Source: Eledone cirrhosa (taxonomy: Eukaryota). Taken from it: a stretch of 64,000 nucleotides of DNA. Position 1 is the first letter of the stretch. Each line of letters opens with the position of its first letter. The stretch spans positions 27,652,001 to 27,716,000 of the forward strand of contig OZ024759.1 in the NCBI GenBank assembly GCA_964016885.1, in the 5' to 3' direction. Made by a program: the position numbers and the translations under genes. The notes under the pieces were generated by a model. That model did not search any database, was not told the origin of the DNA, and saw only the letters and a program-made list of their open reading frames with translations. Positions 12,873 through 26,114 of the stretch are shown here, one piece after another.

Positions 12873-13337
12873 CATCACGGAAAAGTGGATGTATATATAT
12901 ATATATATATGTGTGTGTCTAGGTGTGTAATTCCGGGAATTGAAAAGCTGATTTTGTAATAGGAATATTGAAAATTATTGGTTTGTGTGTATGTACATGT
13001 GTGTGCACATGTGTGTTTGTGAACATTTGTGTTTATGTGTGTGAGTTGGTGTGCATGTGAGTGTTTGTGTGCATGTGAGTTTGTCTGTGTGAGTGCATGA
13101 ATGTGTGTGAGTGTTTGTGTGCATGTGAGTTTGTCTGTGTGAGTGCATGCATGTGTGGGTGTGAGTGTTTGTGTGCATACGTATGTGTTTGTGTGTATAT
13201 ATGTGTTTGTGTGCGTGTGTGTGAGTGTTTGTGTGCATGTGAGTTTGTCTGTGTGAATGCATGCATGTGTTTGTGTGCATACGTATGTGTTTGTGTGTAT
13301 ATATGTGTTTGTGTGCATACGTATGTGTTTGTGTGTG

Positions 13338-13625
13338 CAGGGTCGGATTTAATGGGTGGGAGGGAGGGAAAAGAGACAATTGCCCCAGGTCCCCTGCAGT
13401 GTGGGGACCAATCAGGGACGTCTGGAGCAATTTATTTGTGCCCTCAGCTGGTCTTTTTAGTTTTAGAATGGTTAGAATTTTTTAATTTAATACCTGTAAG
13501 TAATAACTTTTCAATTCCAATTGCTTGCACCAAGCTAACTTTGATATGTAAAATTGGGGGTTTGCTGTGTATTCTAATTTTTTTGTGCATGAGGGGCCCC
13601 TACATAAGGTCAAAATCCAACCCTT
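13338..13625. mobile_element. hAT-type MITE
   Basis: TIRs CAGGGTCGGATTT / AAATCCAACCCTT, with 8-bp TGTGTGTG on both sides. Confidence 0.65.
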
Positions 13626-14977
13626 TGTGTGTGAGAGTCATCAAATGTGTGAAGGTCCTCACATATTTACACAGAAATATAATATACAAATATGGGTATA
13701 CAGTTTCTAAAATTGCATTAATTCGCGGAATTGTAGTAGAATAGATACATTAAAGACATCATCATCATCACCATCACTATTACGATCGTGATTACTGCCA
13801 CCACAACCAGCATCATCATCACCAATACCACACCTGCCATTACCGTCATCATCATCATCATCATCATCCCCAATACCACAACTACCATCACCGTCATCAT
13901 CATCATCCCCAATACCACAACTACCATCACCATCATCATCATCATCCCCACTACCGCCAGTAACATCATTACCACCACAACCACCACCACTTCCACAACT
14001 ACCATTACCACCACCACACCTACCACCAACATCATTACAACTACCACTACCACCAATATCACCACAACCACTACCAGCATTACCCCCCCCCCCTCCACCA
14101 CCACCACCACTACCATCACCACAACCACCACCAACAACATCAACACTACACCCACAGGAGTGAAGCCCTTAAAGTTTAACTGGCTTCTTATCAAACCTAT
14201 AACTGTGGAGACCTCTGGTGTTCTGGGACCCCCACCTCCAAACGACATCCTTCCTACTTACTGCTATCAGGGTGCAGTTGGTCACCCACAGGAGTAAACC
14301 CTTTGAAATTTAACTGGGTTCTTGCCAAGCCTATAGTAGTGGAGATTTCTAACACTCTATGACCCCGAACCCAATATCCATCTACTCCACCCTAAGCTAC
14401 GCTACAGCAATAGAATAGCTAGGGGAGTGCTGCTGTATAGAGACCTCTTGTGGGATCCCTAGGAACCCTACAAGAGGTCTCTCGGGGTTCCACAAGAAAC
14501 GGTGATAAATAAGCTAATTTTAGTCATCTTTTTATTAATGCTGGGGCACCGTCATTGATGCTACACTTTCTAAAGCCAACCTTCCCTGGTTGGCCATTGA
14601 TGTAAAAAAAGAGTTTGTTGTTGCTGCTCTTATTTGTGCTTTGCCTCGTGCTGTGGGTTCAGCTGGGATCTTGTTCAATAGAATGTCAAAATGTCTCCTG
14701 AAAACATCTACATACACACCATGTAGATCTCTCAGATTTTTTGGCAGCTTATTAAAAAAATGGGGTGATTTTTGAGGGTCAAATTTAAAAAAAAAGACGC
14801 ATCCTATATTTCGAAAAATATGGTATAATAATTTTTATGCAGAAGTTCCCTGAGACATGGGAACTATTTCAAGGGCTCCACAATGGTAAAAAGGTTGAGA
14901 AAATCTGCTATATGTACTGTAGAGCAAAGATAAAAGCATTTTCAATTTGTATATAAAAATATAAAGAGGACATTCAC

Positions 14978-15122
14978 CTCAGATTTCCAGGAAATTCCCC
15001 CTCTACCTTCATATAGTTGACAGTTAACAGAAGGTTTCATTATGTTGAAAGATGTATCAGCTTTGACAGAAGGTTTCATTATGTTGAGAGATGTATCAGC
15101 TTTTGCAGAGTTATTTTGATTC
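14978..15122 (-). CDS. AKNA: AKNA-family gene penultimate exon (KADTS.NIMKPSV x2)
   Basis: cttcccAG acceptor, GTgaat donor; phases 2 and 0 bridge the flanking exons. Confidence 0.62.
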
Positions 15123-15589
15123 CTGGGAAGAAAAACAATAATACAAAAACAAAACAATATGGTATGGTCATTTTTTGGTTTTCATAACATTGTCATCTCT
15201 TACTTTATCTATCTCTTCCGCTCCCTCTCTATCTCAGTATAAATATATATATATATAATACAGAGTACCCGACCTCCCATGGGTACAAGCTGAAGCATAT
15301 AGACAATATGCCCCCACACCCCCCACCGCAAGGTGGTGGTGGAAGTGCCATGGCAAAAAAGCCCCCAGCCCACACTGTAAAGTGGGTATGTAGGCGCCAC
15401 GGCAAAAAAGCACCCAGCACTCACTGTAAATGAGGTTGGTGTTAGGAAGGGCATCCAGCTGTAGAAATCAAGCCAAATCAGTTCCTGTATGAGCAAGGCA
15501 TGGTCAGCCGACCAGATACTGCCCACAACAGGACAACCCGTCTAACCCATGCTAGCATGGAAGAACGGACGTAAAACGGTGATGATGAT

Positions 15590-15638
15590 GATTCCTGATG
15601 ATTTCTAAAGAATGAAACAGTTCTAGTCCTGTAGAATC
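15590..15638 (+). ncRNA. Type I hammerhead ribozyme motif, family 3
   Basis: gattc-CTGATGA-tttc taaa gaat-GAAA-CAG ttctagtc CTG-TA-gaatc: helix I gattc/gaatc, helix III ACAG/CTGT, GUA site. Confidence 0.7.
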
Positions 15639-16123
15639 TCATCTATATTAAAACCTTTATACTCTGCTATGTATTGAGTACCTTACTTACTGTGGTTACC
15701 TCCGATTCAACCCGGAATAACTTTATATATATATATATGTGTGTGTGTGTAGACAATATATATACATATACATATATGCAGTGATAATGAGGGACAGAGA
15801 CCGCTGGAGAGAACTCGTCCATGGATCTCAGGAATTTTAACCGCCCTAGATAGACATATATAAACAATGAGTTATTTGGTTTGTTGATTATTCAACAAAG
15901 TTAATTTTACAACAAATTAGAAGCACTCAACAGAATTTATCTGGAGTATCAGTAATATCAATAATATTAATAAATGGAAAATATCTTTATAAAATCATAT
16001 TTATTTTATTATATATATTTCAAGGGTACAAATATTTAAGTACACTTTCGCCACTATCCTCACCGAACTTATAACATTAAGTTCACATGAAGATATGTCA
16101 CTATCTTAACACCAATTATTATG

Positions 16124-16180
16124 TTTTATCTGACGAAAGCGTACTTAAATATTAGTACCCTAGAAATACGTATAATAAAA
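16124..16180 (+). ncRNA. Type I hammerhead ribozyme motif, family 2
   Basis: ttttat-CTGACGA-aagcGTACT..AGTACccta-GAAA-TACGTA-TA-ataaaa: helix I ttttat/ataaaa, palindromic helix III. Confidence 0.72.
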
Positions 16181-16230
16181 TAAATATGGTTTTATAAAGA
16201 TATTTTCGATTTATTAATATTATTGATATT

Positions 16231-16266
<36 letters not shown>

Positions 16267-17776
16267 AGTGCATGATGTGTGCAATATATATATATATATT
16301 TGAGAGAAGACTACATTGGTACGGTCACGTGATGCGCATGAAAGATGACAATAGTATAAAAAAGTGCAGGCCGATCAAAATTGATGAAAGTCACAGAGTA
16401 GGTAGACCCAGAAAAACATGAGACGATCTGATAAATTACGACCTTACACACTTGCACCTCTCTAAGACAATGTCACTGGACCGAGATCTTTGGCGCCACT
16501 CAGTAATACAGAAGACACGCCTTGCCTATGTACAAAGTGAAACCTACAGTCAGTAGGCACCTCCTAACCAAATATACACCCCAACCCACTACCCTTACTC
16601 CATCCTCCCACTCCCACCAACACCACTCTCTCTCTGTAAAGTTGGTACCGCAACATCCAGTTCAAATAGAAGAGATAATGAGATCAAGATCAAGATCGTG
16701 TAGGTGTCACAACAAAAACACACAGTCCACGCTGTAATGTGGCTGTGTAGGTAACATGGTAAAAAGTTCCCAGTTCCACACTGTAAACGTGGTTGGTGTT
16801 AGGAAGGGCATCCTACCATAGAAAACCTGCCAGACAGTCCAATATGAGCGAGACACGGTCACACGACCAATCTTACCTCAAGTGGGACAATTCCCATCTA
16901 ACCCATGCTAGCGGGGAAGATAAACATTAAACGATGATGATGATGATATATATCTCTCTATATATATATATATAAAAGGTAAACAGAAACAACAACACAA
17001 TCGGTACAGTATATGGAAGGGATATATTAGGTTAACGCTTGATATAGCAGGAAGGTCTTAACGTTTTGGACGCTAGTCCTTCATCAAAAGAAAGAATGAA
17101 AAATAAATAAGATAGATTGAGGGGACGGGCGGGTTGAGTGCATGTGTGCAATATATATATATATCATCATCATTTTACGTCCACTTTTCTCTGCTTGCAA
17201 GGGTGGGATGGGAACTGATTCTGGCTTGATTTCTACAGCTGGATGCCCTTCCTAACACCAACCTCATTTACAGTGAGTGCTGGGTGCTTTTTTTGCCGTG
17301 GCACCTCCACGACCACTTTTCAGTGGAATGATAGGGACCCCAGTCCCTATCATCTCGTTTCTACAGCTGAGTAAACTGGAGCAATGTGAAATAAAGTGTC
17401 TTGCTCAAGGAAACAACACATCACCCTTTCGATTGCAAGGCCAATGCTCTAACCATGTGCCTATATATTAATATATATATATATATGTGGAGCGTAACGT
17501 GAAGTTGCTGTAGTTTCACCCAGGTGAGCACGACATGTTTAGGTTCACGTCAGTAGTGAGGTGTAGAGTAGAGTTAAACAGGGTGCAATATGATAATGCA
17601 AGGACGATTTGTTAAGCCTTCATTACGTTTACTGGTTGGTGACGCATGTTTAGCTATTGAGCTGATCAACATGGTGATGATATATATAGGCGGCAAATTG
17701 ACAGAGTCGTTAGACAGTCTGATAGAATGCTTTATAGTATTCATTCTGACTTTCTGCTCTCTGAGTTCAAAGCTAT

Positions 17777-17822
<46 letters not shown>

Positions 17823-17980
17823 ATATAAATGTATATATATATATATCCATATAAATGTATATATATATGTATTATCATCATCATCATCATCATCGTTTAA
17901 CGTCCATCTTCCACGCTAGCATGGGTTTGGACGGGAATTTTTCCACTTGAGGCAAGATTGGTTGTCTTGCTCGTATAGGA

Positions 17981-18024
<44 letters not shown>

Positions 18025-18495
18025 TCATCATCATCAACGTTTAACGTCCGTGTTCCATGCTTGCATGGGTTTGAACGGGGGTAGTCCCACTTGAGGCAAG
18101 AGTGATTTTCTTGCTCGCATAGGACTGTCTGGCAGGTTTTCTACAGTTGGATGCCCTTCCTAACACCAACCACATTTATATACATCACCATCATCATCAT
18201 TTAAATCTCTATATAATTATTTCTACTTTTGGCACAAGGCCACCAATTATTTCAGTGCATTACTGGTACTTTATTTTATTGACCTTGTAAAGATGAAAGG
18301 CAAAGTTAACCTCAGCGGGATTTGAACTCAGACCATAAAGGGTTGTAACTCTTTTCTGCAGCAAAGCATGGCGTCTGACCCTCTACCGATACTGCCAATC
18401 CATAAAGTAACAAGTGCTGTTAAATCTCTATATAGAATGAAGTACCAAGTACCATTAAAACTCTATGTGATGAAGAACGAAGTGGCCAAACTTAC

Positions 18496-19563
18496 TGATA
18501 TATTGGTGTTGAATATATATAATGATGGGAACATTTGCTCATTTTACGGCAACATCTATCCACAGTGTACATGTTTGGTGCACTTTGTGTTGCATGGCTA
18601 ACTGCACAGTTGTTTTGAGTGAGTGGTGCAGAAACTAAATTATATTTGACTTCTTCGTTGGGACAAGTAAAACTATAAGGTTCATTAGTAAAATTACGTA
18701 GTCTGTTAGCAGAATTGTGCTGTCCATTAATGAAATTACATGGTTCATTAGTAAAATTACTTGATTCATTAATAAAATTATGTGGTTCATTAGTAGAATT
18801 ACATTGCTGGTTTTCAAACCTTTGTGGAGTAATATCTTTCATTTCGACATGCGGGTTCCAATGATGAGGGCCACATTTTAGATTTTCTTTGTAACAATCA
18901 AACATAGGCATTGGGGCCCCTGTAGAGTTTCTGTGGTTTGTTGGGAGCTTTATTCTTTTATTGTAAGGGTCATGGAACGGTCTTGGAGAATTATTATGGA
19001 GTGTCGTTGTTTGAACTCTTGTCAGAGGTTGAGGAGGTCCATTATATACATTATGGTGGGCCCCAGCTGAAGGATAATATGGGTCATTCTGTAAATTAGG
19101 GCTTGTATTCATCATTCTTTTCATGGCACTTTCTGATTGCTGGCGTTTAACTTGATCCACCAATCCAGGTTCGGTGGACCCACAATAAATAGTCGGACCT
19201 GGAGCAGACGACATCTGAGAGTTCCTCTGGAAATCATATTTGGTTAAGTTTGACTGTGGGACAGCATCTGTGAAGAATGTCATTGTAGCTTGGTAACTTG
19301 GAGGAATATCATTATTGCTCATCCAGTTTCTGGAAGGATGTTTGGCTGATCTGTTAACTTGTTTCAGGATGCGAGGATCTTGGTTTTGAGGACTGACAGC
19401 AGGGGTTGCCAAAAACAAAGGGTTTTTATTCAACAACTGCACATTTGCAGCATTCAAGTTTTTTTCTTCAGCAATCTCAGATTGTGGATTTTGCTGTTGA
19501 ACTTTGTTGTTAAAAGTTTGCTTGAGAAATTCAATTTCTTGCTGTAAGGCTTCAAGTTTCTTC
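18496..19563 (-). CDS. AKNA: AKNA-family gene exon (KKLEALQQEIEFLKQTF coiled coil, then Pro/Asn-rich)
   Basis: tttttcAG / GTaagt; contains the 321-aa ORF; the short coiled coil resembles AKNA IRELQEEVSRLR; phase 2/2. Confidence 0.8.
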
Positions 19564-20250
19564 CTGAAAAATTAGAGAATCAATAACAATAATTGTTTCT
19601 ACTTTTTGGCACAAGGCCAGCAATTCGAAGGTGGGGAAAAAGTTGATTAAATCAACCCCAGTGTATTACTTGAGTGATTTAATGATAGGGACCCCAGTCC
19701 TACCATCTCATTTCTACAGCTGAGTAAACAGGAGCAACGTGAAATAAAGTGTCTTGCTCAAGGAAACAACACATCACCCGGTCCGATACACCCCCAACGA
19801 GATATACCTTGGGGGAGGCCGGCTAAACCTGCAAAGGTGTGAGCTGTAACAACAACAACAACAACAACGAAACAGTGTATTACTATTACTGGTACTTTAT
19901 TTTATCGACCCCATAAGGATGAAAAGCAAAGCTAACCTCGGCAGGATTTGAACTCAGAATGTAAAAGGACGTAACTATATGCTGCAAAGCACGTTGTCCG
20001 ACACTCTACTGATACTGCCAATCTACCACCGAGTATAATAATTGTTTCTACTATAGACTAGCAATTTTGGAGAAAGGAAAAGTTGATTAAATCTACCCTT
20101 GTGCGTTACTGGTACTTTATTTCTTCAACCCCGTAAGGATGAAAGGCAGAGCTAATCCCAGAGGGTTTTTAACTCAGAAAGTAAAGGTCTGTAATGAAAT
20201 GCTACAAAGCATGATGATGATGATGATTAATGGTCTCTATGGAAACTTAC

Positions 20251-20458
20251 CGATTATTAGAAGGTCTAATAAATGTTGGAACAGAATCTTTTCCTTTAGT
20301 ATCTTGGCTTAATGAGTGTGACCTTGAGTGTCGTCTTGAGGGTGACCTTGAGTGTAGTTTTGAGGGTGACCTTGAGTGAAACTCAACAGCAGATTTAGTC
20401 CCGTCATGTGTACCTTCCCTGGAGAACTTCTTTGAAGAGACATTTCTTGTTTTCATGC
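20251..20458 (-). CDS. AKNA: AKNA-family gene exon with HSRSPS repeats
   Basis: ttccttcAG / GTaagt; phases 1 and 2. Confidence 0.75.
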
Positions 20459-20709
20459 CTGAAGGAAAGGAAATGCATGATATCCTCATCATCACCACCA
20501 CCACCAACACAACCACCTTCACCACCATCAGCATCACACCCACAACCATCATCATCACCACCACCACTACCATCGTCATCACCACCATCACCATCATTGT
20601 CATCACCTCTACCACCACTACCATCAGCCATCAGCATCACCACCACCAGCAACGCGTCCACCCTCACTACCATCATCATGATACCACAATGTCAATGGTG
20701 ATAATCTTA

Positions 20710-21720
20710 CAACAACAATAACAGCAATTATAACAACAACAGTGTAGATAAGATATAACAACAACAACAATAATGTAGATAAGATATAACAACAACAACA
20801 ACAACAACAGTGTAGATAAGATATAACAACAACAGCAACAACAACAGTGTAGATAAGATATAACAACAACAACAGCAACAACAACAGTGTAGATAAGATA
20901 TAACAGCAACAACAGCAACAATAATGTAGATAAGATATAACAACAACAGCAACAACAACAGTGTAGATAAGATATAACAACAACAGCAACAACAACAGTG
21001 TAGATAAGATATAACAACAACAGCAACAACAACAGTGTAGATAGGATATAACAACAACAACAGCAACAACAATAATGTAGATAAGATATAACAACAACAA
21101 CAGTGTAGATAAGATATAACAACAACAGCAACAACAACAGTGTAGATAGGATATAACAACAACAACAGCAGCAACAACAACAGTGTAGATAAGATATAAC
21201 AGCAACAACAACAGTGTAGATAAGATATAACAACAACAGCAACAACAACAGTGTAGATAGGATATAACAACAACAACAGCAACAGCAATACTGTAGATAA
21301 GATACAACAACAACAGCAACAACAACAGTGTAGATACGATATAACAACAACAACAGTGTAGATACGATATAACAACAACAACAATGTAGCTAAGATATAA
21401 CAACAACAACAGCAACAACAGTGTAGATAAGATATAACAACAACAGCAACAACAACAGCAACAACAGTGTAGATAAGATATAACAACAACAGCAACAACA
21501 ACAGTGTAGATAAGATATAACAACAACAGCAACAACAACAGTGTAGATAAGATATAACAGCAACAACAACAACAGCAGCAGTGTAGATAAGATATAACAA
21601 CAACAGCAACAACAACAGTGTAGATAAGATATAACAGCAACAACAACAACAACAAAAACAACAGTGTAGATAACATATAACAACAACAGCAACTACAACA
21701 ATATCGATAATATATAACAA
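20710..21720. repeat. Minisatellite: constant GTGTAGATAAGATAT core plus variable (AAC/AGC)n
   Basis: Roughly 30 units of about 27-42 bp filling an AKNA intron; source of the spurious Cys/Leu/Val ORFs. Confidence 0.95.
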
Positions 21721-21725
21721 CTTAC

Positions 21726-22120
21726 TAGAAATCAACTGAAAATTTCTTGGTAATTTTGCTGCTGCTGCTACAGAAGAAAAAGAAAAAGACTGGGACCTTG
21801 TTCTGGTTCTTTTTTCAGAGTAACAGTAGGGGTCAGTCTCACTACTGAGCCCATAATCTAGTGATTCTATTGAACTGCTGCTCTCTGAAAGAAACTCACT
21901 TGTGGCGGCCATGTTTGATGAAGCAGAAGACAATGGCTTGATCTTTTGTGTTTGCCACAATTTAAATCCTTCCTCTCTTTCTCTTACTTCTTCTCTTCCT
22001 CTTTCTTCTTTTATTTCTTCATCTCCTTGTTCTCCCCCTCCTTCGTCTCCTGTCTCTCTCTCCTTCATAACAAAGCTAGGCTCACTTTCTTCTCTGTCTG
22101 TCACAAAATGGTTCTGTGTC
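21726..22120 (-). CDS. AKNA: AKNA-family gene exon (Glu/Ser-rich)
   Basis: AG acceptor at 22121-22122, GTaagt donor at 21725; N-terminal non-repeat part of ORF 20728..22104; phases 2 and 1. Confidence 0.75.
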
Positions 22121-23079
22121 CTTCATAATTAGAATATGACCAAAAAAATAAAAACAGAAAAAATTCAGAAGAAAAACAACAACAATGAAAAATGCAAAAA
22201 AAAAAAAATAAATAAATAAAATACAAACAATGGTTGTGCCCCAGCATGGCCTCAGCCATGGAAATAACTACCTGCATCAGTTCTTAGCTGTCGGGACACT
22301 GCATCCTTCAAAACCTCCATGCTTCCCGAAATTCGCCAACACTACACCTGACATTCCCCCTCGATACACACGCACACATATATATCATGACTAATACACT
22401 GTTCACTTTCCTGACATTTGTACATTATTCTATGTACTATACATACACCTTTGATGAGTTGTAGCTTTGCAGCACAGTTACGTCCCGCCGAGGTTAACTT
22501 TGCCTTTCATCCTTACGGGGTCGATAAAATAAAGTACCAGTAATGCACTGGGATAATTGCTGGTCTTGTGCCATAAGTAGAAACAATTATTATCATTATT
22601 ATATATAAATGTATATATATATATGTGTGTGTGTGTATGTATGTATTAATGTATCTAAAAGTCTAAAGTCTGTCTTAAGCCAGAAGGCTCATGGCATGAA
22701 GCGGCTGAGAGTACAAGACTTCCCCCTGGACAGGATACCAGTCCATTGCAGGGTTTAAATCCCCAGCTATTGCTGGTACTCATTTTCAGCTGAGTATACT
22801 GGAGCAACGTGAAATGAAGTGTTTTGCTCAAGAACACGATACACAACCAAGGAATCAAACCCACAACATTATGATCGTAAGTCAAACACCCTTACCACTA
22901 GGCCACGTGCCTCCACGTATTAATGTATATATATATATATATACTTTTTTTTTAATTACATAATAAACAACACATAATTATTTCATTACCGAAGGTTTCA
23001 AGAAACATCTAGTTCAAGAGTCAGAAAAAATAATTATGTTTTGGATATATAAATTTAGAAAACGTGCGTGAGCAACCGA

Positions 23080-23410
23080 GCATGGATGTGTTGAGAGAGA
23101 AGCTGTGTTTAAGAGAGATAAGTTGTAGTGTGCGGGAGAGGAGACTGCGATGGTATGGACATGTGATGCGCATGGAGGATGACCGCTGGGTAAAGAAGTG
23201 CTAAGAAATGCCAGTAGAAGGAAGACCCAGTAGAGGAAGACCACGAAAAACATGGGCGGAAGTGGTGAGAGCAGACCTCAGATTGCTGAAACTCATGGAG
23301 GAGATGGCAAAGGATTGTGACAAGCAGAGAGATGCTGTGCTGAATAGGACCCGTCCCACCCTTGCAAGCAGGGAAAAGCGGATGAAAAATGATGATGATG
23401 ATGATGATGA
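23080..23410 (+). mobile_element. RTE LINE 3' end, second subfamily
   Basis: RWYGHVMRMEDDR..GRPSRGRPRKTWAEVVRADL plus (GAT)n tail. Related copies at 232-432 (-), 9362-9550 (-) and 45780-46172 (+). Confidence 0.85.
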
Positions 23411-24110
23411 TATCTTGAAACCTTCTGTAATGAAATAATTATATGTGTTGTTTATTATGAAATTAAATAGCTCTGTACAATACATAGAACACTCTTTTTT
23501 TCTTTACCTTTTCTATGGAAATACTTAACATATATAATTAAACGACTATTTATATATATATATATATATCACAGAAAAAAGAAGAGAATCAGTGTTGTGA
23601 CGAATGGAATTCATTGGACATATTACAATCATTTCTCTGGTGACCAGCTCGAGGCACGATCGATGTGATGATCGAACCTGACTCTGAAAATTGCAAGGAC
23701 CTTGCGATTATCAGAGTCAGGTTCGATCATCACATCGATCGTGCCTCGAGCTGGTCAGCAGAGAAACGATTGTAATATGTCCAATGAATTCCATTTGTCA
23801 CAACACTGATTCTCTTTTTTTCTGTGATATCATACTCTGCTCTATGAGAGCATCGAGTACTCATATGGCCTACCGCATATGGACGCTTTAAGCATCCAAC
23901 ACCAATTATATATATCTATCATCATCGTTTAACGTCTATTTTCCACGCTAGCATGGATTTAGAATATATATATATATATTAGCGTGGAAGATGGACATTA
24001 AACGAAGATTATGATGATTATATATATATATATTACAAACATTTTAATTAACGCATCTGTTTTTAGATATTTTCTGATCAACCATTACAGGATGTTAAGA
24101 GTAAACTTAC

Positions 24111-24508
24111 CCACTTGTCAGCACGACAGAGGATGTTTTAACATGCTGTTTCTGTTGACCAGTTTTTGGTAACATTGGCTGCTTTGTCGATGGAGTACAT
24201 TGGTCAACTCTAACCAAAGTTGATTTACTCATTGGAGTAGCTCTGTGATCAGGTCTTGATACAGATGCAACGATATCCATTGGCACAGTGCGGTTATTTC
24301 TTGTGAGAGATGCCGTGTCCATTGGTGAGTCGTGATGAGTTCTGGATAAGGATACAACTTCTGGGTTCCTGATTGGACATTCTTCAGCCATGTCTGTGGA
24401 TTTAGTTAACTGCAAGGAAGCCATGGGTTGCCTCAGTGGAAGTGACAAGCTCCATACATCGGAGATTCCACTGTCGGGAACACTAGCTGTGCTGCTAACA
24501 TCATCATA
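24111..24508 (-). CDS. AKNA: AKNA-family gene exon (YDDVSSTASVPDSGISDVWS...VLTSG)
   Basis: cttttcccAG / GTaagt; contains ORF 24107..24448; phases 0 and 2. Confidence 0.78.
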
Positions 24509-25052
24509 CTGGGAAAAGACAAATGGTGATGATGATGATGATATCTATGTATTTTTGTATGTATGTATGCATAAATGTATACATGCAAGTGTGTATATAC
24601 GACGCATGTATGTATGTATATATATATACATATATAGTAATAATAATTACAAAGACCAAAATCCGAAGAGGGCGTGATAAGGATGGATTGTATATATATG
24701 TGAATGTGTATGTGAGTATACATACATATTGTCCAGCCCATGCTGGCATGACAAGACTCAGTACAATAAATGGTTTTAAAGTATTTATTAAACACAGAAA
24801 TCACAACTGTATATATAACATATATATTTATATATAAATGTATGTACATAGACATATACAAAACGTTTTTTTTCCATTTCAGGTAGACGCGCTCCGTCAT
24901 CCACTTTTCTAAAAAATAAATCATACACAAAACGCCAGCACCAACAGTTTTGCAAGAGATGTCAACATGAATGGACCTGTTATTTTTATCTAAAGACATT
25001 TTTTCCAATTCCATCCTGCCCGTCCCCTCAATCTATTTTATTTCTCATTCTT

Positions 25053-25088
25053 TCTTCTGATGAAGGACTAGCGTCCGAAACGTTAAGA
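25053..25088 (+). ncRNA. Minimal type I hammerhead ribozyme motif, family 1
   Basis: tctt-CTGATGA-aGGAC tagc GTCC-GAAA-CG-TT-aaga: core, 4-bp helix II, palindromic ACGT helix III, helix I tctt/aaga. Related copies at 5721-5756, about 9828-9855 (truncated) and about 17056-17092 (minus, mutated). Confidence 0.75.
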
Positions 25089-26114
25089 CCCTCTTCCTGC
25101 TATATCAAGTGTTAACCTAATATATACCTTCCATATACTGTACCGATTGTGTTGTTATTTCTGTTTACTTTTTACACACACACACACACACATACACACA
25201 TACATACATATATATATATGGCACATGGCTTAGTGGTTAGAGCATTGGCCTTGCAATCAAAAGGTTGTGAGTTCAATTCACAGACCGGGTGATGTGTTGT
25301 TTCCTTGAGCAAGACACTTTATTTCACATTGCTCCAGTTTACTCAGCTGTAGAAATTAGATGATAGGGACTGGGGTCTCTATCATTCCACTGCAAAGTGG
25401 TCGTGGAGGTGCCACGGCAAAAAAGCACCCAGCCCACACTGTAAACTGGACGTGTAGGCGCCACGGAAAAAAAAAGCACCCAGCACTCACTGTAAATGAG
25501 GTTGGTGTTAGGAAGGGCATCCAGCTGTAGAAATCAAGTCAGAATCAGTTCCCGTCCCACCCTTGCAAGAAGGGAAAAGCAGAAGTAAAATGATGATGAT
25601 GATGATGATGATATATATATATGTTAGAAAAAAACAAGGAAGTTTCATCATCATCATCATCATCATCCTTTTACGTCCGCTTTTCCATGCTTGCAAGGTA
25701 AAAGATGTTTATTCGTTTACATGTAAAATATATATTTTTTTTGTCTGTCACATCGCCAGTCTGAAGAGCAGATTGATAACGGAGTGGGGTCCTTAACTCT
25801 TATGGGTGACCTTGAGCCAATCTTCTGCAAGACGCACATAACAGACACAATAAATATTTTTAACATGTAAACAAAACTTCCTCGTTTTTTTTCTAATATA
25901 TACACTGCCTGTGCATAGATAGTACCAACACCACTAATTCACTGAATCAGTATATATAAACCCATAGAGCAAATATTTATTATTACTACAGATTAAAGTT
26001 TAAGCAAAGAATTTCTGCTTTCACCCTATTACAGGATCTTCCATAACAGGATGAAAGCAGAAATTCTTAGCTTAAATTTTAATCTGTACTACTACTACTG
26101 CTTCTACTACTACT

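Noticed and set aside
13718-14297. Thr/Ile-rich and Val/Met-rich ORFs
   Set aside because: (ACC/ATC)n low-complexity tract.
14440-14484. Short hairpin agagacctcttgt...acaagaggtctct resembling a terminator
   Set aside because: Eukaryotic intron, within a probable decayed MITE; no functional evidence.
17574-17661. Possible AKNA exon SIAKHASPTSKRNEG...
   Set aside because: Phase-2 acceptor but an early stop and no phase-compatible donor; exon 15122-14978 already bridges to the conserved last exon. Cannot be excluded as an alternative end.
20710-21720. CRISPR-like array (constant core with variable spacers) and 350-458 aa Cys/Leu ORFs
   Set aside because: Spacers are only (AAC/AGC)n length variants, there are no cas genes and the context is a eukaryotic intron; it is a minisatellite.
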